Source of the DNA: the human T2T-CHM13v2.0 reference genome, Homo sapiens
Length of the DNA stretch: 64,000 bases
Assembly (NCBI RefSeq): GCF_009914755.1
Contig: NC_060933.1
Strand: one strand, 5' to 3'
Shown here: one piece after another, positions 14,960-28,200 of the stretch
Position numbering within the stretch: position 1 is the first letter of the stretch
Layout: every line of letters starts with the position of its first letter
The notes under the pieces: model-generated
Database searches by the model: none
What the model was told of the DNA's origin: nothing
The model's input: the letters and a program-made list of their open reading frames with translations, nothing else
Position numbers and translations under genes: made by a program

Positions 14960-17900
14960 AATGGAATGGAATGGAATGGAACGGAACGGAATGGAATGGA
15001 ATGGAATGGAATGGAACGGAAAGGAATGGAATGGAATGGAATGGAACGGAATGGAATGGAATGGAATCAACGCGAGTGCAGGGGAATGGAATGGAATCGA
15101 ATGGAATGGAAAAGAATGGAATGGAATCAACCCGACTGCAGGGGAACGTAATGGAACGGAATGCAATGGAATGGAATCATCCGGAATGGAATGGAATGGA
15201 ATGGAATGGAATCAACCCGAGTGCAATGGAATGGAGTGGAATGGAAAGGAATGGAATGGAACAACCCGAATGGAATGGAATGTAATGGAGAGTAAGGGAG
15301 TTGAAAAGAATCAATCCGAATGTAATGGAATGGAATGGAACGGAATGGAATGGAATGGAATGGAATGGAATGCAATGGAATGGAATCAACCCGAGTACAA
15401 TGGAATGGAAAGGAATGGAATGGAATGCAATGGAATGGAATGGAATGCAATGGAATGGAATCTTCCGGAATTGAATGAAATGGAATGGAATGGAATAGAA
15501 TGGAATGCAATGGATTCAACTCGATTGCAATGGAATGGAATAGAATGGAATGGAATGGAATGGAAGGGAATGGAATTAAACCGAATAGAATGGAATGGAA
15601 TGGAATGGAACGGAACAGAACGGAACGGAACGGAACGGAGTGGAATGGAATGGAATGGAATTGTATGGAATGGAATGGAATGGTACGGAATAGAATGGAA
15701 TGGAAAGAATTGGAATGGAATGGAATCGAATGGAATGGAATGGAATGGAATGGAATCAACCCGAGTGAAGGGGAATGTAATGGAACGGAATGCAATGGAA
15801 TGGAATCATCCGGAATGGAATGGAATGGAATGGAATGGAATGGAATGGAATGGAATCAACCCGAGCGCAATGGAATGGAGTGGAATGGAATGGAATGGAA
15901 TGGAACAACCCAAATGGAATGGAATGTAATGGAGAGTAAGGGAGTTGAATAGAATCAATCCGAATGTAATGGAATGGAACGGAACGGAATGGAATGGAAT
16001 GGAATGGAATGGAATGGAATGGAATGCAATGGAATGGAATCAACCCGAGTACAATGGAACGGAATGGAATGGAATGGAATGTAATGGAATGGATTCAACT
16101 TGAATGGAATGGAAAGAATGGAATCAACACGAGTGGAAGGGCATGGATTGGAATGGAATGGAATGGAATCAACCCGAGTACAGGGGAATGGAATGGAATT
16201 TAATGCAATGGAATGGAATCATCCGTAATGGAATGGAAAGGAATGGAATGGAATGGAATGGAATGGAATGGAATGGAATCAACACGATTGCAATCGAATG
16301 GAATGGAATGGAATTAACCCGAATAGAATGGAATGGAATGGAATGGAAGAGAACGGAATGGAATGGAATGGAATGGAATGGAACGGAACAGAACGGAATG
16401 GAACGGAACGGAACGGAACGGAATGGAATGGAATGGAATGGAATGGACTCAACGCGAGTGCATGGGAATGGAATGGAATGGAATGCAATGGAACGGAATC
16501 TTCCGGAATGGAATGGAATGGAATGGAATGGAATGAAATGCAATGGATTCAACTCGATTGCAATGGAATGGAATAGAATGGAATGGAATGGAATGGAATG
16601 GAATTAACCCGAATAGAATGGAATGGAATGGAATGGAACGGAACGGAACGGAATGGAATGGAATGGAATGGAATGGAATGGAATGCAATGGTATGGAATG
16701 GAATGGAATGGTACGGAATAGAATGGAATGGAAAGAATTGTAATGGAATGGAATTGAATGGAATGGAATGGAATGGAATGGAATCAACGCGAGTGCAGGG
16801 GAATGTAATGGAACGGAATGCAATGGATTGGAATCATCCGGAATGGAATGGAATGGAATGGAATGGAATCAACACGAGTGCAATGGAATGCAGTGGAATG
16901 GAATGGAAAGGAATGGAAAAACCCTAATGGAATGGAATGTAATGGAGAGTAAGGGAGTTGAATAGAATCAATCCGATTCTAATGGAATGGAATGCAACGG
17001 AATGGAATGGAATGGAATGGAATGGAATGGAATGGAATGCAAAGGAATGGAATCAACCCGAGTGGAATGGCATGGAATGGAATACAATGGAATGGAAGTT
17101 AATGGAATCAACTCGAGTGGAAAGGAATGGAATGGAATGGAAAGGAATGGAATGAAATCAACTCGAGTGGAATGGAATGGAATGGAATGGATTGGAATGG
17201 ATTGCAACGGAATGAAATGGAATGGAATGGAATGGAATCAATCATTCCGAGTAGAATGGAAGAGAATGTAATGGAGTGGAAAGAAGGGAATGGAATCAAC
17301 CCGATTGGAATGCAAGGCAATGGAATGGAATGGAAAGGAATGGAATGCAATCAACTCGATTGCAATGGAATGGAATGGAATGGAATGGAATGGAATGGAA
17401 TGGAATTAACCGGAATGGAATGGATTTAACCGGAATAGAATGGAATGCAATGGAATGGAACGGAATGGAATGGAATGGAAGGTAATGGAATCAACACGAG
17501 TGCAGGGGAATGGAATGGAATGGAACGCAATGGAATGGAATCATCCGGAATGGAATGGAATGGAATGGAATCAACTCCATTGTAATGGAATGGAATGGAA
17601 TGGAATAGAATGGAATGGAATTAACCCGAATAGAATGGAATGCAATAGAATGGAATGGAACGGAACCGAATGGAGAGGAATGGAATGGAATGGAATCAAC
17701 ATGAGTGCAGGGGAATGGAATGGAATGGAATGCAATGGAATGGAATCATCCGGAATGGAATGGAATGGAATGGAATGGAATCAAACCGAGTGCAATGGAA
17801 TGGAGTGAAATGGAATGGAATGGAATGGAAACAACCTGAATGGATTGGAATATAATGGAGTGTAAGGGAATTGAATAGAATCAATCTGAATGTAATGAAA

Positions 17901-20185
17901 TGGAATGGAACGGAATGGAATGGAATGGAATGGAATCGAATGGAATGGAATGGAATGGAATCAACCCGAGTGCAATGGAATGGATTCGAACGGAATGGAA
18001 TGGAGTGGAATGGATTCAACTTCAATGGAATGGAAAGAATGGAATCAACACGAGTGGAATGGCATGGAATGGAATGGAATGGAATGGCGTGGAATGGAAT
18101 GGAATGGTTCGGAATAGAATGGATTGGAACAAAATGGAATGGAATGGAATGGAATGGAATAAAATGGAATCAACGAGATTGAAGGGGAATGTAATGGAAC
18201 GGAATGCAATGGAATGGAATCATCCGGAATGGAATGGAATGGAATGGAATGGAATGGAATCAACCCGAGTGCAATGGAATGGAGTGGAATGGAATGGAAT
18301 GGAATGGAACAACCCGAATGGAATGGAATGTAATGGAGAGTAAGGGAGTTGAATAGAATCAATCCGAATGTAATGGAATGGAATGCAACGGAATGGAATG
18401 GAATGGAATGGAATGGAATGCAATGGAATGGAATCAACCCGAGTACAATGGAATGGAATGGAATGGAATGGAATGGAATGGAATGGAATGATATGGAATG
18501 GAATGGAATGGAATGGAATGGAATGGAATGGAATGGAATGATATGGAATAGAATGGAATGGAACGAAATGGAATGGAATGGAATGGAATGGAATGGAATG
18601 GAATGGAATGGAATGATATGGAATAGAATGGAATGGAACGAAATGGAATGGAATGGAATGGAATGGAATGGAATGGATTCGTTCCGAGTGGAATAGGAGG
18701 GAATGTATTCGAGTGGAATGGAAAGGAATGGAATCAACCAGAGTGGAATGAAAGGGAATGGAATGGAATGGAAACTAATAGAATGGAATCAACCCGAGTG
18801 TAATGGAATGGAAAGGACTGGAATGGAATGGAATGGAATGGAATCAACACGATTGTAATGGAATGGAATGGAATGGAATGGAATTAACCCGAATACAATG
18901 GAATGGAATGGAATGGAACGGAATGGAGTGGAATGGAATGGAATCAACCCGAGTGAAGGGGAATGGAATGGAATGGAATGCAATGGAATGGAATCATCCG
19001 GAATGGAATGGAATGGAATGGAATGCAAAGCAATGGAATCAACTCGATAGCAATGGAATGGACTAGAATGGAAAGGAATACATTGGAATCAACCCGAGTG
19101 GAATGGAATGGAAAGGACTGGAATGGAGTGGATTGGAATAGAATGGAATGGAATGGAATGGAATGGAATGGAATGGAATCAACTTGATTGGAATGGAATG
19201 GAATGGAATGGAATGGAATTAACCCGAATAGAAAGGAATGGAATGGAATGGAACGGAACGGATTGGAATGGAATGGAATGGAATGGAATGGAATGGAATG
19301 GAATCAACCCGACTGCAGGGGAATGGAATGGAATGGAATGCAATGGAATGGAATGGAACGGAAAGGAATGGAATGGAATGGAATGGAATCAACGCGAGTG
19401 CAGGGGAATGGAATGGAATGGAATGGAATGGAATTGAATGGAATGGAATGGAATCAACGCGAGTGCAGGGGAATGGAATGGAATGGAATGCAATGGAATG
19501 GAATCTTCCGGAATGGAATTGAATTGAATGGAATGGAATGGAATGGAATGGAATAAACCCGAGTGCAATGGAATGGAGTGGAATGGAATGGAATGGAATG
19601 GAATGGAACAACCCGAATGGAATGGAATGTAATGGAGACTAAGGGAGTTGAATAGAATCAATCCGAATGTAATGGAATGGAATGGAACGGAAAGGAATTG
19701 AATGGAATGGAATGGAATGCAATGGAATGGAATCAACCCGAGTGCAATGGAATGGAGAGGAATGGAATGGAATGGAATGGAAACTACCCGAATGGAATGG
19801 AATCTAATGGAGTGTAAGGGAATTGAATAGAATCAATCCGAATGTAATGGAATGGAATGGAACGGAATGGAATGGAATGGAATGCAATGGAATGGAATCA
19901 ACTCGAGTGCAATCGAATGGAATCGAATGGAATGGAATGCAATGGAATGGATTCAACTTGAATGGAATGGAAAGAATGGAATCAACACGAGTGGAAGGGC
20001 ATGGATTGGAATGCAATGGAATGGAATCAACCCGAGCACAGGGGAATGGAATGGAATGGAATGCAATGGAATGGAATCATCCGTAATGGAATGGAAAGGA
20101 ATGGAATGGAATGGAATGGAATGGAATGGAATGGAATCAACACGATTGCAATCGAATGGAATGGAATGGAATTAAACCGAATAGA
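14960..20185 (+). repeat. ~5.2-kb higher-order repeat, copy 1
   Basis: Rare markers recur at +5225 to +5270: GATTCGTTCCGAG 18680->23905, TATAAT module 17851->23121, CAATCATTCC 17239->22499. Boundaries are approximate. Confidence 0.88.
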
Positions 20186-23100
20186 ATGGAATGGAATGGA
20201 ATGGAACGGAACGGAATGGAATGGAATGGAATGGAATGGAACGGAAAGGAATGGAATGGAATGGAATGGAACGGAATGGAATGGAATGGATTCAACGCGA
20301 GTGCAGGGGAATGGAATGGAATCGAATGGAATGGAAAAGAATGGAATGGAATCAACCCGAGTGCAGGGGAACGTAATGGAACAGAATGCAATGGAATGGA
20401 ATCATCCGGAATGGAATGGAATGGAATGGAATGGAATCAACCCGAGTGCAATGGAATGGAGTGGAATGGAAAGGAATGGAATGGAACAAACCGAATGGAA
20501 TGGAATGTAATGGAGAGTAAGGGAGTTGAAAAGAATCAATCCGAATGTAATGGAATGGAATGGAACGGAATGGAATGGAATGGAATGGAATGGAATGCAA
20601 TGGAATGGAATCAACCCGAGTACAATGGAATGGAAAGGAATGGAATGGAATGGAATGGAATGGAATGGAATGCAATGGAATGGAATCTTCCGGAATTGAA
20701 TGAAATGGAATGGAATGGAATAGAATGGAATGCAATGGATTCAACTCGATTGCAATGGAATGGAATAGAATGGAATGGAATGGAATGGAAGGGAATGGAA
20801 TTAAACCGAATAGAATGGAATGGAATGGAATGGAACGGAACAGAACGGAACGGAACGGAACGGAGTGGAATGGAATGGAATGGAATTGTATGGAATGGAA
20901 TGGAATGGTACGGAATAGAATGGAATGGAAAGAATTGGAATGGAATGGAATCGAATGGAATGGAATGGAATGGAATGGAATCAACCCGAGTGAAGGGGAA
21001 TGTAATGGAACGGAATGCAATGGAATGGAATCATCCGGAATGGAATGGAATGGAATGGAATGGAATGGAATGGAATGGAATGGAATGGAATCAACCCGAG
21101 CGCAATGGAATGGAGTGGAATGGAATGGAATGGAATGGAACAACCCAAATGGAATGGAATGTAATGGAGAGTAAGGGAGTTGAATAGAATCAATCCGAAT
21201 GTAATGGAATGGAACGGAACGGAATGGAATGGAATGGAATGGAATGGAATGGAATGGAATACAATGGAATGGAATCAACCCGAGTACAATGGAACGGAAT
21301 GGAATGTAATGGAATGTAATGGAATGGATTCAACTTGAATGGAATGGAAAGAATGGAATCAACACTAGTGGAAGGGCATGGATTGGAATGGAATGGAATG
21401 GAATCAACCCGAGTACAGGGGAATGGAATGGAATTTAATGCAATGGAATGGAATCATCCATAATGGAATGGAAAGGAATGGAATGGAATGGAATGGAATG
21501 GAATGGAATGGAATGGAATGGAATCAACACGATTGCAATCGAATGGAATGGAATGGAATTAACGCGAATAGAATGGAATGGAATGGAATGGAAGAGAACG
21601 GAATGGAATGGAATGGAATGGAATGGAACGGAACAGAACGGAATGGAACGGAACGGAACGGAAGGGAATGGAATGGAATGGAATGGAATGGACTCAACGC
21701 GAGTGCATGGGAATGGAATGGAATGGAATGCAATGGAACGGAATCTTCCGGAATGGAATGGAATGGAATGGAATGGAATGAAATGCAATGGATTCAACTC
21801 GATTGCAATGGAATGGAATAGAATGGAATGGAATGGAATGGAATGGAATTAACCCGAATAGAATGGAATGGAATGGAATGGAATGGAACGGAACGGAACG
21901 GAATGGAATGGAATGGAATGGAATGGAATGGAATGCAATGGTATGGAATGGAATGGAATGGTACGGAATAGAATGGAATGGAAAGAATTGTAATGGAATG
22001 GAATTGAATGGAATGGAATGGAATGGAATGGAATCAACGCGAGTGCAGGGGAATGTAATGGAACGGAATGCAATGGATTGGAATCATCCGGAATGGAATG
22101 GAATGGAATGGAATGGAATGGAATGGAATCAACACGAGTGCAATGGAATGCAGTGGAATGGAATGGAAAGGAATGGAAAAACCTTAATGGAATGGAATGT
22201 AATGGAGAGTAAGGGAGTTGAATAGAATCAATCCGAATGTAATGGAATGGAATGCAACGGAATGGAATGGAATGGAATGGAATGGAATGGAATGGAATGC
22301 AAAGGAATGGAATCAACCCGAGTGGAATGGCATGGAATGGAATGCAATGGAATGGAAGTTAATGGAATAAACTCGAGTGGAAAGGAATGGAATGGAATGG
22401 AAAGGAATGGAATGAAATCAACTCGAGTGGAATGGAATGGAATGGAATGGATTGGAATGGATTGCAACGGAATGAAATGGAATGGAATGGAATGGAATCA
22501 ATCATTCCGAGTAGAATGGAAGGGAATGTAATGGAGTGGAAAGAAGGGAATGGAATCAACCCGATTGGAATGCAAGGCAATGGAATGGAATGGAAAGGAA
22601 TGGAATGCAATCAACTCGATTGCAATGGAATGGAATGGAATGGAATGGAATGGAATGGAATGGAATGGAATTAACCGGAATGGAATGGATTTAACCGGAA
22701 TAGAATGGAATGCAATGGAATGGAACGGAATGGAATGGAATGGAAGGTAATGGAATCAACACGAGTGCAGGGGAATGGAATGGAATGGAACGCAATGGAA
22801 TGGAATCATCCGGAATGGAATGGAATGAAATGGAATCAACTCCATTGTAATGGAATGGAATGGAATGGAATGGAATAGAATGGAATGGAATTAACCCGAA
22901 TAGAATGGAATGCAATAGAATGGAATGGAACGGAACCGAATGGAGTGGAATGGAATGGAATGGAATCAACATGAGTGCAGGGGAATGGAATGGAATGGAA
23001 TGCAATGGAATGGAATCATCCGGAATGGAATGGAATGGAATGGAATGGAATCAAACCGAGTGCAATGGAATGGAGTGAAATGGAATGGAATGGAATGGAA

Positions 23101-25260
23101 ACAACCTGAATGGATTGGAATATAATGGAGTGTAAGGGAATTGAATAGAATCAATCTGAATGTAATGAAATGGAATGGAACGGAATGGAATGGAATGGAA
23201 TGGAATCGAATGGAATGGAATGGAATGGAATCAACCCGAGTGCAATGGAATGGATTCGAACGGAATGGAATGGAGTGGAATGGATTCAACTTCAATGGAA
23301 TGGAAAGAATGGAATCAACACGAGTGGAATGGCATGGAATGGAATGGAATGGAATGGCGTGGAATGGAATGGAATGGTTCGGAATAGAATGGATTGGAAC
23401 AAAATGGAATGGAATGGAATGGAATGGAATGGAATGGAATGGAATCAACGAGATTGAAGGGGAATGTAATGGAACGGAATGCAATGGAATGGAATCATCC
23501 GGAATGGAATGGAATGGAATGGAATGGAATGGAATCAACCCGAGTGCAATGGAATGGAGTGGAATGGAATGGAATGGAATGGAACAACCCGAATGGAATG
23601 GAATGTAATGGAGAGTAAGGGAGTTGAATAGAATCAATCCGAATGTAATGGAATGGAATGCAACGGAATGGAATGGAATGGAATGGAATGGAATGCAAGG
23701 GAATGGAATCAACCCGAGTACAATGGAATGGAATGGAATGGAATGGAATGGAATGGAATGGAATGGAATGGAATGATATGGAATAGAATGGAATGGAACG
23801 AAATGGAATGGAATGGAATGGAATGGAATGGAATGGAATGGAATGGAATGATATGGAATAGAATGGAATGGAACGAAATGGAATGGAATGGAATGGAATG
23901 GATTCGTTCCGAGTGGAATAGGAGGGAATGTATTCGAGTGGAATGGAAAGGAATGGAATCAACCAGAGTGGAATGAAAGGGAATGGAATGGAATGGAAAC
24001 TAATAGAATGGAATCAACCCGAGTGGAATGGAATGGAAAGGACTGGAATGGAATGGAATGGAATGGAATCAACACGATTGTAATGGAATGGAATGGAATG
24101 GAATGGAATTAACCCGAATACAATGGAATGGAATGGAATGGAACGGAATGGAGTGGAATGGAATGGAATCAACCCGAGTGAAGGGGAATGGAATGGAATG
24201 GAATGCAATGGAATGGAATCATCCGGAATGGAATGGAATGGAATGGAATGAAAAGCAATGGAATCAACTCGATTGCAATGGAATGGAATGGAATGGAAAG
24301 GAATACATTGGAAACAACCCGAGTGGAATGGAATGGAAAGGACTGGAATGGAGTGGATTGGAATAGAATGGAATGGAATGGAATGGAATGGAATGGAATG
24401 GAATCAACTTGATTGGAATGGAATGGAATGGAATGGAATGGAATGGAATTAACCCGAATAGAAAGGAATGGAATGGAATGGAACGGAACGGATTGGAATG
24501 GAATGGAATGGAATGGAATGGAATGGAATGGAATGGAATCAACCCGACTGCAGGGGAATGGAATGGAATGGAATGCAATGGAATGGAATGGAACGGAAAG
24601 GAATGGAAGGGAATGGAATGGAATGGAATGGAATGGAATCAACGCGAGTGCAGGGGAATGGAATGGAATGGAATGGAACAACCCGAATGGAATGGAATGT
24701 AATGGAGACTAAGGGAGTTGAATAGAATCAATCCGAATGTAATGGAATGGAATGGAACGGAAAGGAATTGAATGGAATGGAATGGAATGCAATGGAATGG
24801 AATCAACCCGAGTGCAATGGAATGGAGAGGAATGGAATGGAATGGAATGGAAACTACCCGAATGGAATGGAATCTAATGGAGTGTAAGGGAATTGAATAG
24901 AATCAATCCGAATGTAATGGAATGGAATGGAACGGAATGGAATGGAATGGAATGCAATGGAATGGAATCAACCCGAGTGCACTCGAATGGAATCGAATGG
25001 AATGGAATGCAATGGAATGGATTCAACTTGAATGGAATGGAAAGAATGGAATCAACACGAGTGGAAGGGCATGGATTGGAATGCAATGGAATGGAATCAA
25101 CCCGAGCACAGGGGAATGGAATGGAATGGAATGCAATGGAATGGAATCATCCGTAATGGAATGGAAAGGAATGGAATGGAATGGAATGGAATGGAATGGA
25201 ATGGAATGGAATCAACACGATTGCAATCGAATGGAATGGAATGGAATTAAACCGAATAGA
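20186..25260 (+). repeat. ~5.1-kb higher-order repeat, copy 2 (lacks a ~180-bp segment near 24660)
   Basis: ORF translations are identical to copy 3 at +5075 (20137->25212) and +4637 (22018->26655, 22966->27603, 24028->28665). Confidence 0.9.
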
Positions 25261-28200
25261 ATGGAATGGAATGGAATGGAACGGAACGGAATGGAATGGA
25301 ATGGAATGGAATGGAACGGAAAGGAATGGAATGGAATGGAATGGAACGGAATGGAATGGAATGGATTCAACGCGAGTGCAGGGGAATGGAATGGAATCGA
25401 ATGGAATGGAAAAGAATGGAATGGAATCAACCCGAGTGCAGGGGAACGTAATGGAACAGAATGCAATGGAATGGAATCATCCGGAATGGAATGGAATGGA
25501 ATGGAATGGAATCAACCCGAGTGCAATGGAATGGAGTGGAATGGAAAGGAATGGAATGGAACAAACCGAATGGAATGGAATGTAATGGAGAGTAAGGGAG
25601 TTGAAAAGAATCAATCCGAATGTAATGGAATGGAATGGAACGGAATGGAATGGAATGGAATGGAATGGAATGCAATGGAATGGAATCAACCCGAGTACAA
25701 TGGAATGGAAAGGAATGGAATGGAATGGAATGGAATGGAATGGAATGCAATGGAATGGAATCTTCCGGAATTGAATGAAATGGAATGGAATGGAATAGAA
25801 TGGAATGCAATGGATTCAACTCGATTGCAATGGAATGGAATAGAATGGAATGGAATGGAATGGAAGGGAATGGAATTAAACCGAATAGAATGGAATGCAA
25901 TGGAATGGAACGGAACAGAACGGAACGGAACGGAACGGAGTGGAATGGAATGGAATGGAATTGTATGGAATGGAATGGAATGGTACGGAATAGAATGGAA
26001 TGGAAAGAATTGGAATGGAATGGAATCGAATGGAATGGAATGGAATGGAATGGAATCAACCCGAGTGAAGGGGAATGTAATGGAACGGAATGCAATGGAA
26101 TGGAATCATCCGGAATGGAATGGAATGGAATGGAATGGAATGGAATGGAATGGAATGGAATGGAATCAACACGATTGCAATCGAATGGAATGGAATGGAA
26201 TTAACCCGAATAGAATGGAATGGAATGGAATGGAAGAGAACGGAATGGAATGGAATGGAATGGAATGGAACGGAACAGAACGGAATGGAACGGAACGGAA
26301 CGGAACGGAATGGAATGGAATGGAATGGAATGGACTCAACGCGAGTGCATGGGAATGGAATGGAATGGAATGCAATGGAACGGAATCTTCCGGAATGGAA
26401 TGGAATGGAATGGAATGGAATGAAATGCAATGGATTCAACTCGATTGCAATGGAATGGAATAGAATGGAATGGAATGGAATGGAATGGAATTAACCCGAA
26501 TAGAATGGAATGGAATGGAATGGAACGGAACGGAACGGAATCGAATGGAATGGAATGGAATGGAATGGAATGCAATGGTATGGAATGGAATGGAATGGTA
26601 CGGAATAGAATGGAATGGAAAGAATTGTAATGGAATGGAATTGAATGGAATGGAATGGAATGGAATGGAATCAACGCGAGTGCAGGGGAATGTAATGGAA
26701 CGGAATGCAATGGATTGGAATCATCCGGAATGGAATGGAATGGAATGGAATGGAATGGAATGGAATCAACACGAGTGCAATGGAATGCAGTGGAATGGAA
26801 TGGAAAGGAATGGAAAAACCTTAATGGAATGGAATGTAATGGAGAGTAAGGGAGTTGAATAGAATCAATCCGAATGTAATGGAATGGAATGCAACGGAAT
26901 GGAATGGAATGGAATGGAATGGAATGGAATGGAATGCAAAGGAATGGAATCAACCCGAGTGGAATGGCATGGAATGGAATGCAATGGAATGGAAGTTAAT
27001 GGAATAAACTCGAGTGGAAAGGAATGGAATGGAATGGAAAGGAATGGAATGAAATCAACTCGAGTGGAATGGAATGGAATGGAATGGATTGGAATGGATT
27101 GCAACGGAATGAAATGGAATGGAATGGAATGGAATCAATCATTCCGAGTAGAATGGAAGGGAATGTAATGGAGTGGAAAGAAGGGAATGGAATCAACCCG
27201 ATTGGAATGCAAGGCAATGGAATGGAATGGAAAGGAATGGAATGCAATCAACTCGATTGCAATGGAATGGAATGGAATGGAATGGAATGGAATGGAATGG
27301 AATGGAATTAACCGGAATGGAATGGATTTAACCGGAATAGAATGGAATGCAATGGAATGGAACGGAATGGAATGGAATGGAAGGTAATGGAATCAACACG
27401 AGTGCAGGGGAATGGAATGGAATGGAACGCAATGGAATGGAATCATCCGGAATGGAATGGAATGAAATGGAATCAACTCCATTGTAATGGAATGGAATGG
27501 AATGGAATGGAATAGAATGGAATGGAATTAACCCGAATAGAATGGAATGCAATAGAATGGAATGGAACGGAACCGAATGGAGTGGAATGGAATGGAATGG
27601 AATCAACATGAGTGCAGGGGAATGGAATGGAATGGAATGCAATGGAATGGAATCATCCGGAATGGAATGGAATGGAATGGAATGGAATCAAACCGAGTGC
27701 AATGGAATGGAGTGAAATGGAATGGAATGGAATGGAAACAACCTGAATGGATTGGAATATAATGGAGTGTAAGGGAATTGAATAGAATCAATCTGAATGT
27801 AATGAAATGGAATGGAACGGAATGGAATGGAATGGAATGGAATCGAATGGAATGGAATGGAATGGAATCAACCCGAGTGCAATGGAATGGATTCGAACGG
27901 AATGGAATGGAGTGGAATGGATTCAACTTCAATGGAATGGAAAGAATGGAATCAACACGAGTGGAATGGCATGGAATGGAATGGAATGGAATGGCGTGGA
28001 ATGGAATGGAATGGTTCGGAATAGAATGGATTGGAACAAAATGGAATGGAATGGAATGGAATGGAATGGAATGGAATGGAATCAACGAGATTGAAGGGGA
28101 ATGTAATGGAACGGAATGCAATGGAATGGAATCATCCGGAATGGAATGGAATGGAATGGAATGGAATGGAATCAACCCGAGTGCAATGGAATGGAGTGGA

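Noticed and set aside
24922-26463. Longest ORF, 513 aa
   Set aside because: Its length comes from the 433-bp deletion removing the stop-bearing module that ends the paralogous ORF 20111-21187, plus a one-pentamer difference upstream. It is not evidence of coding.
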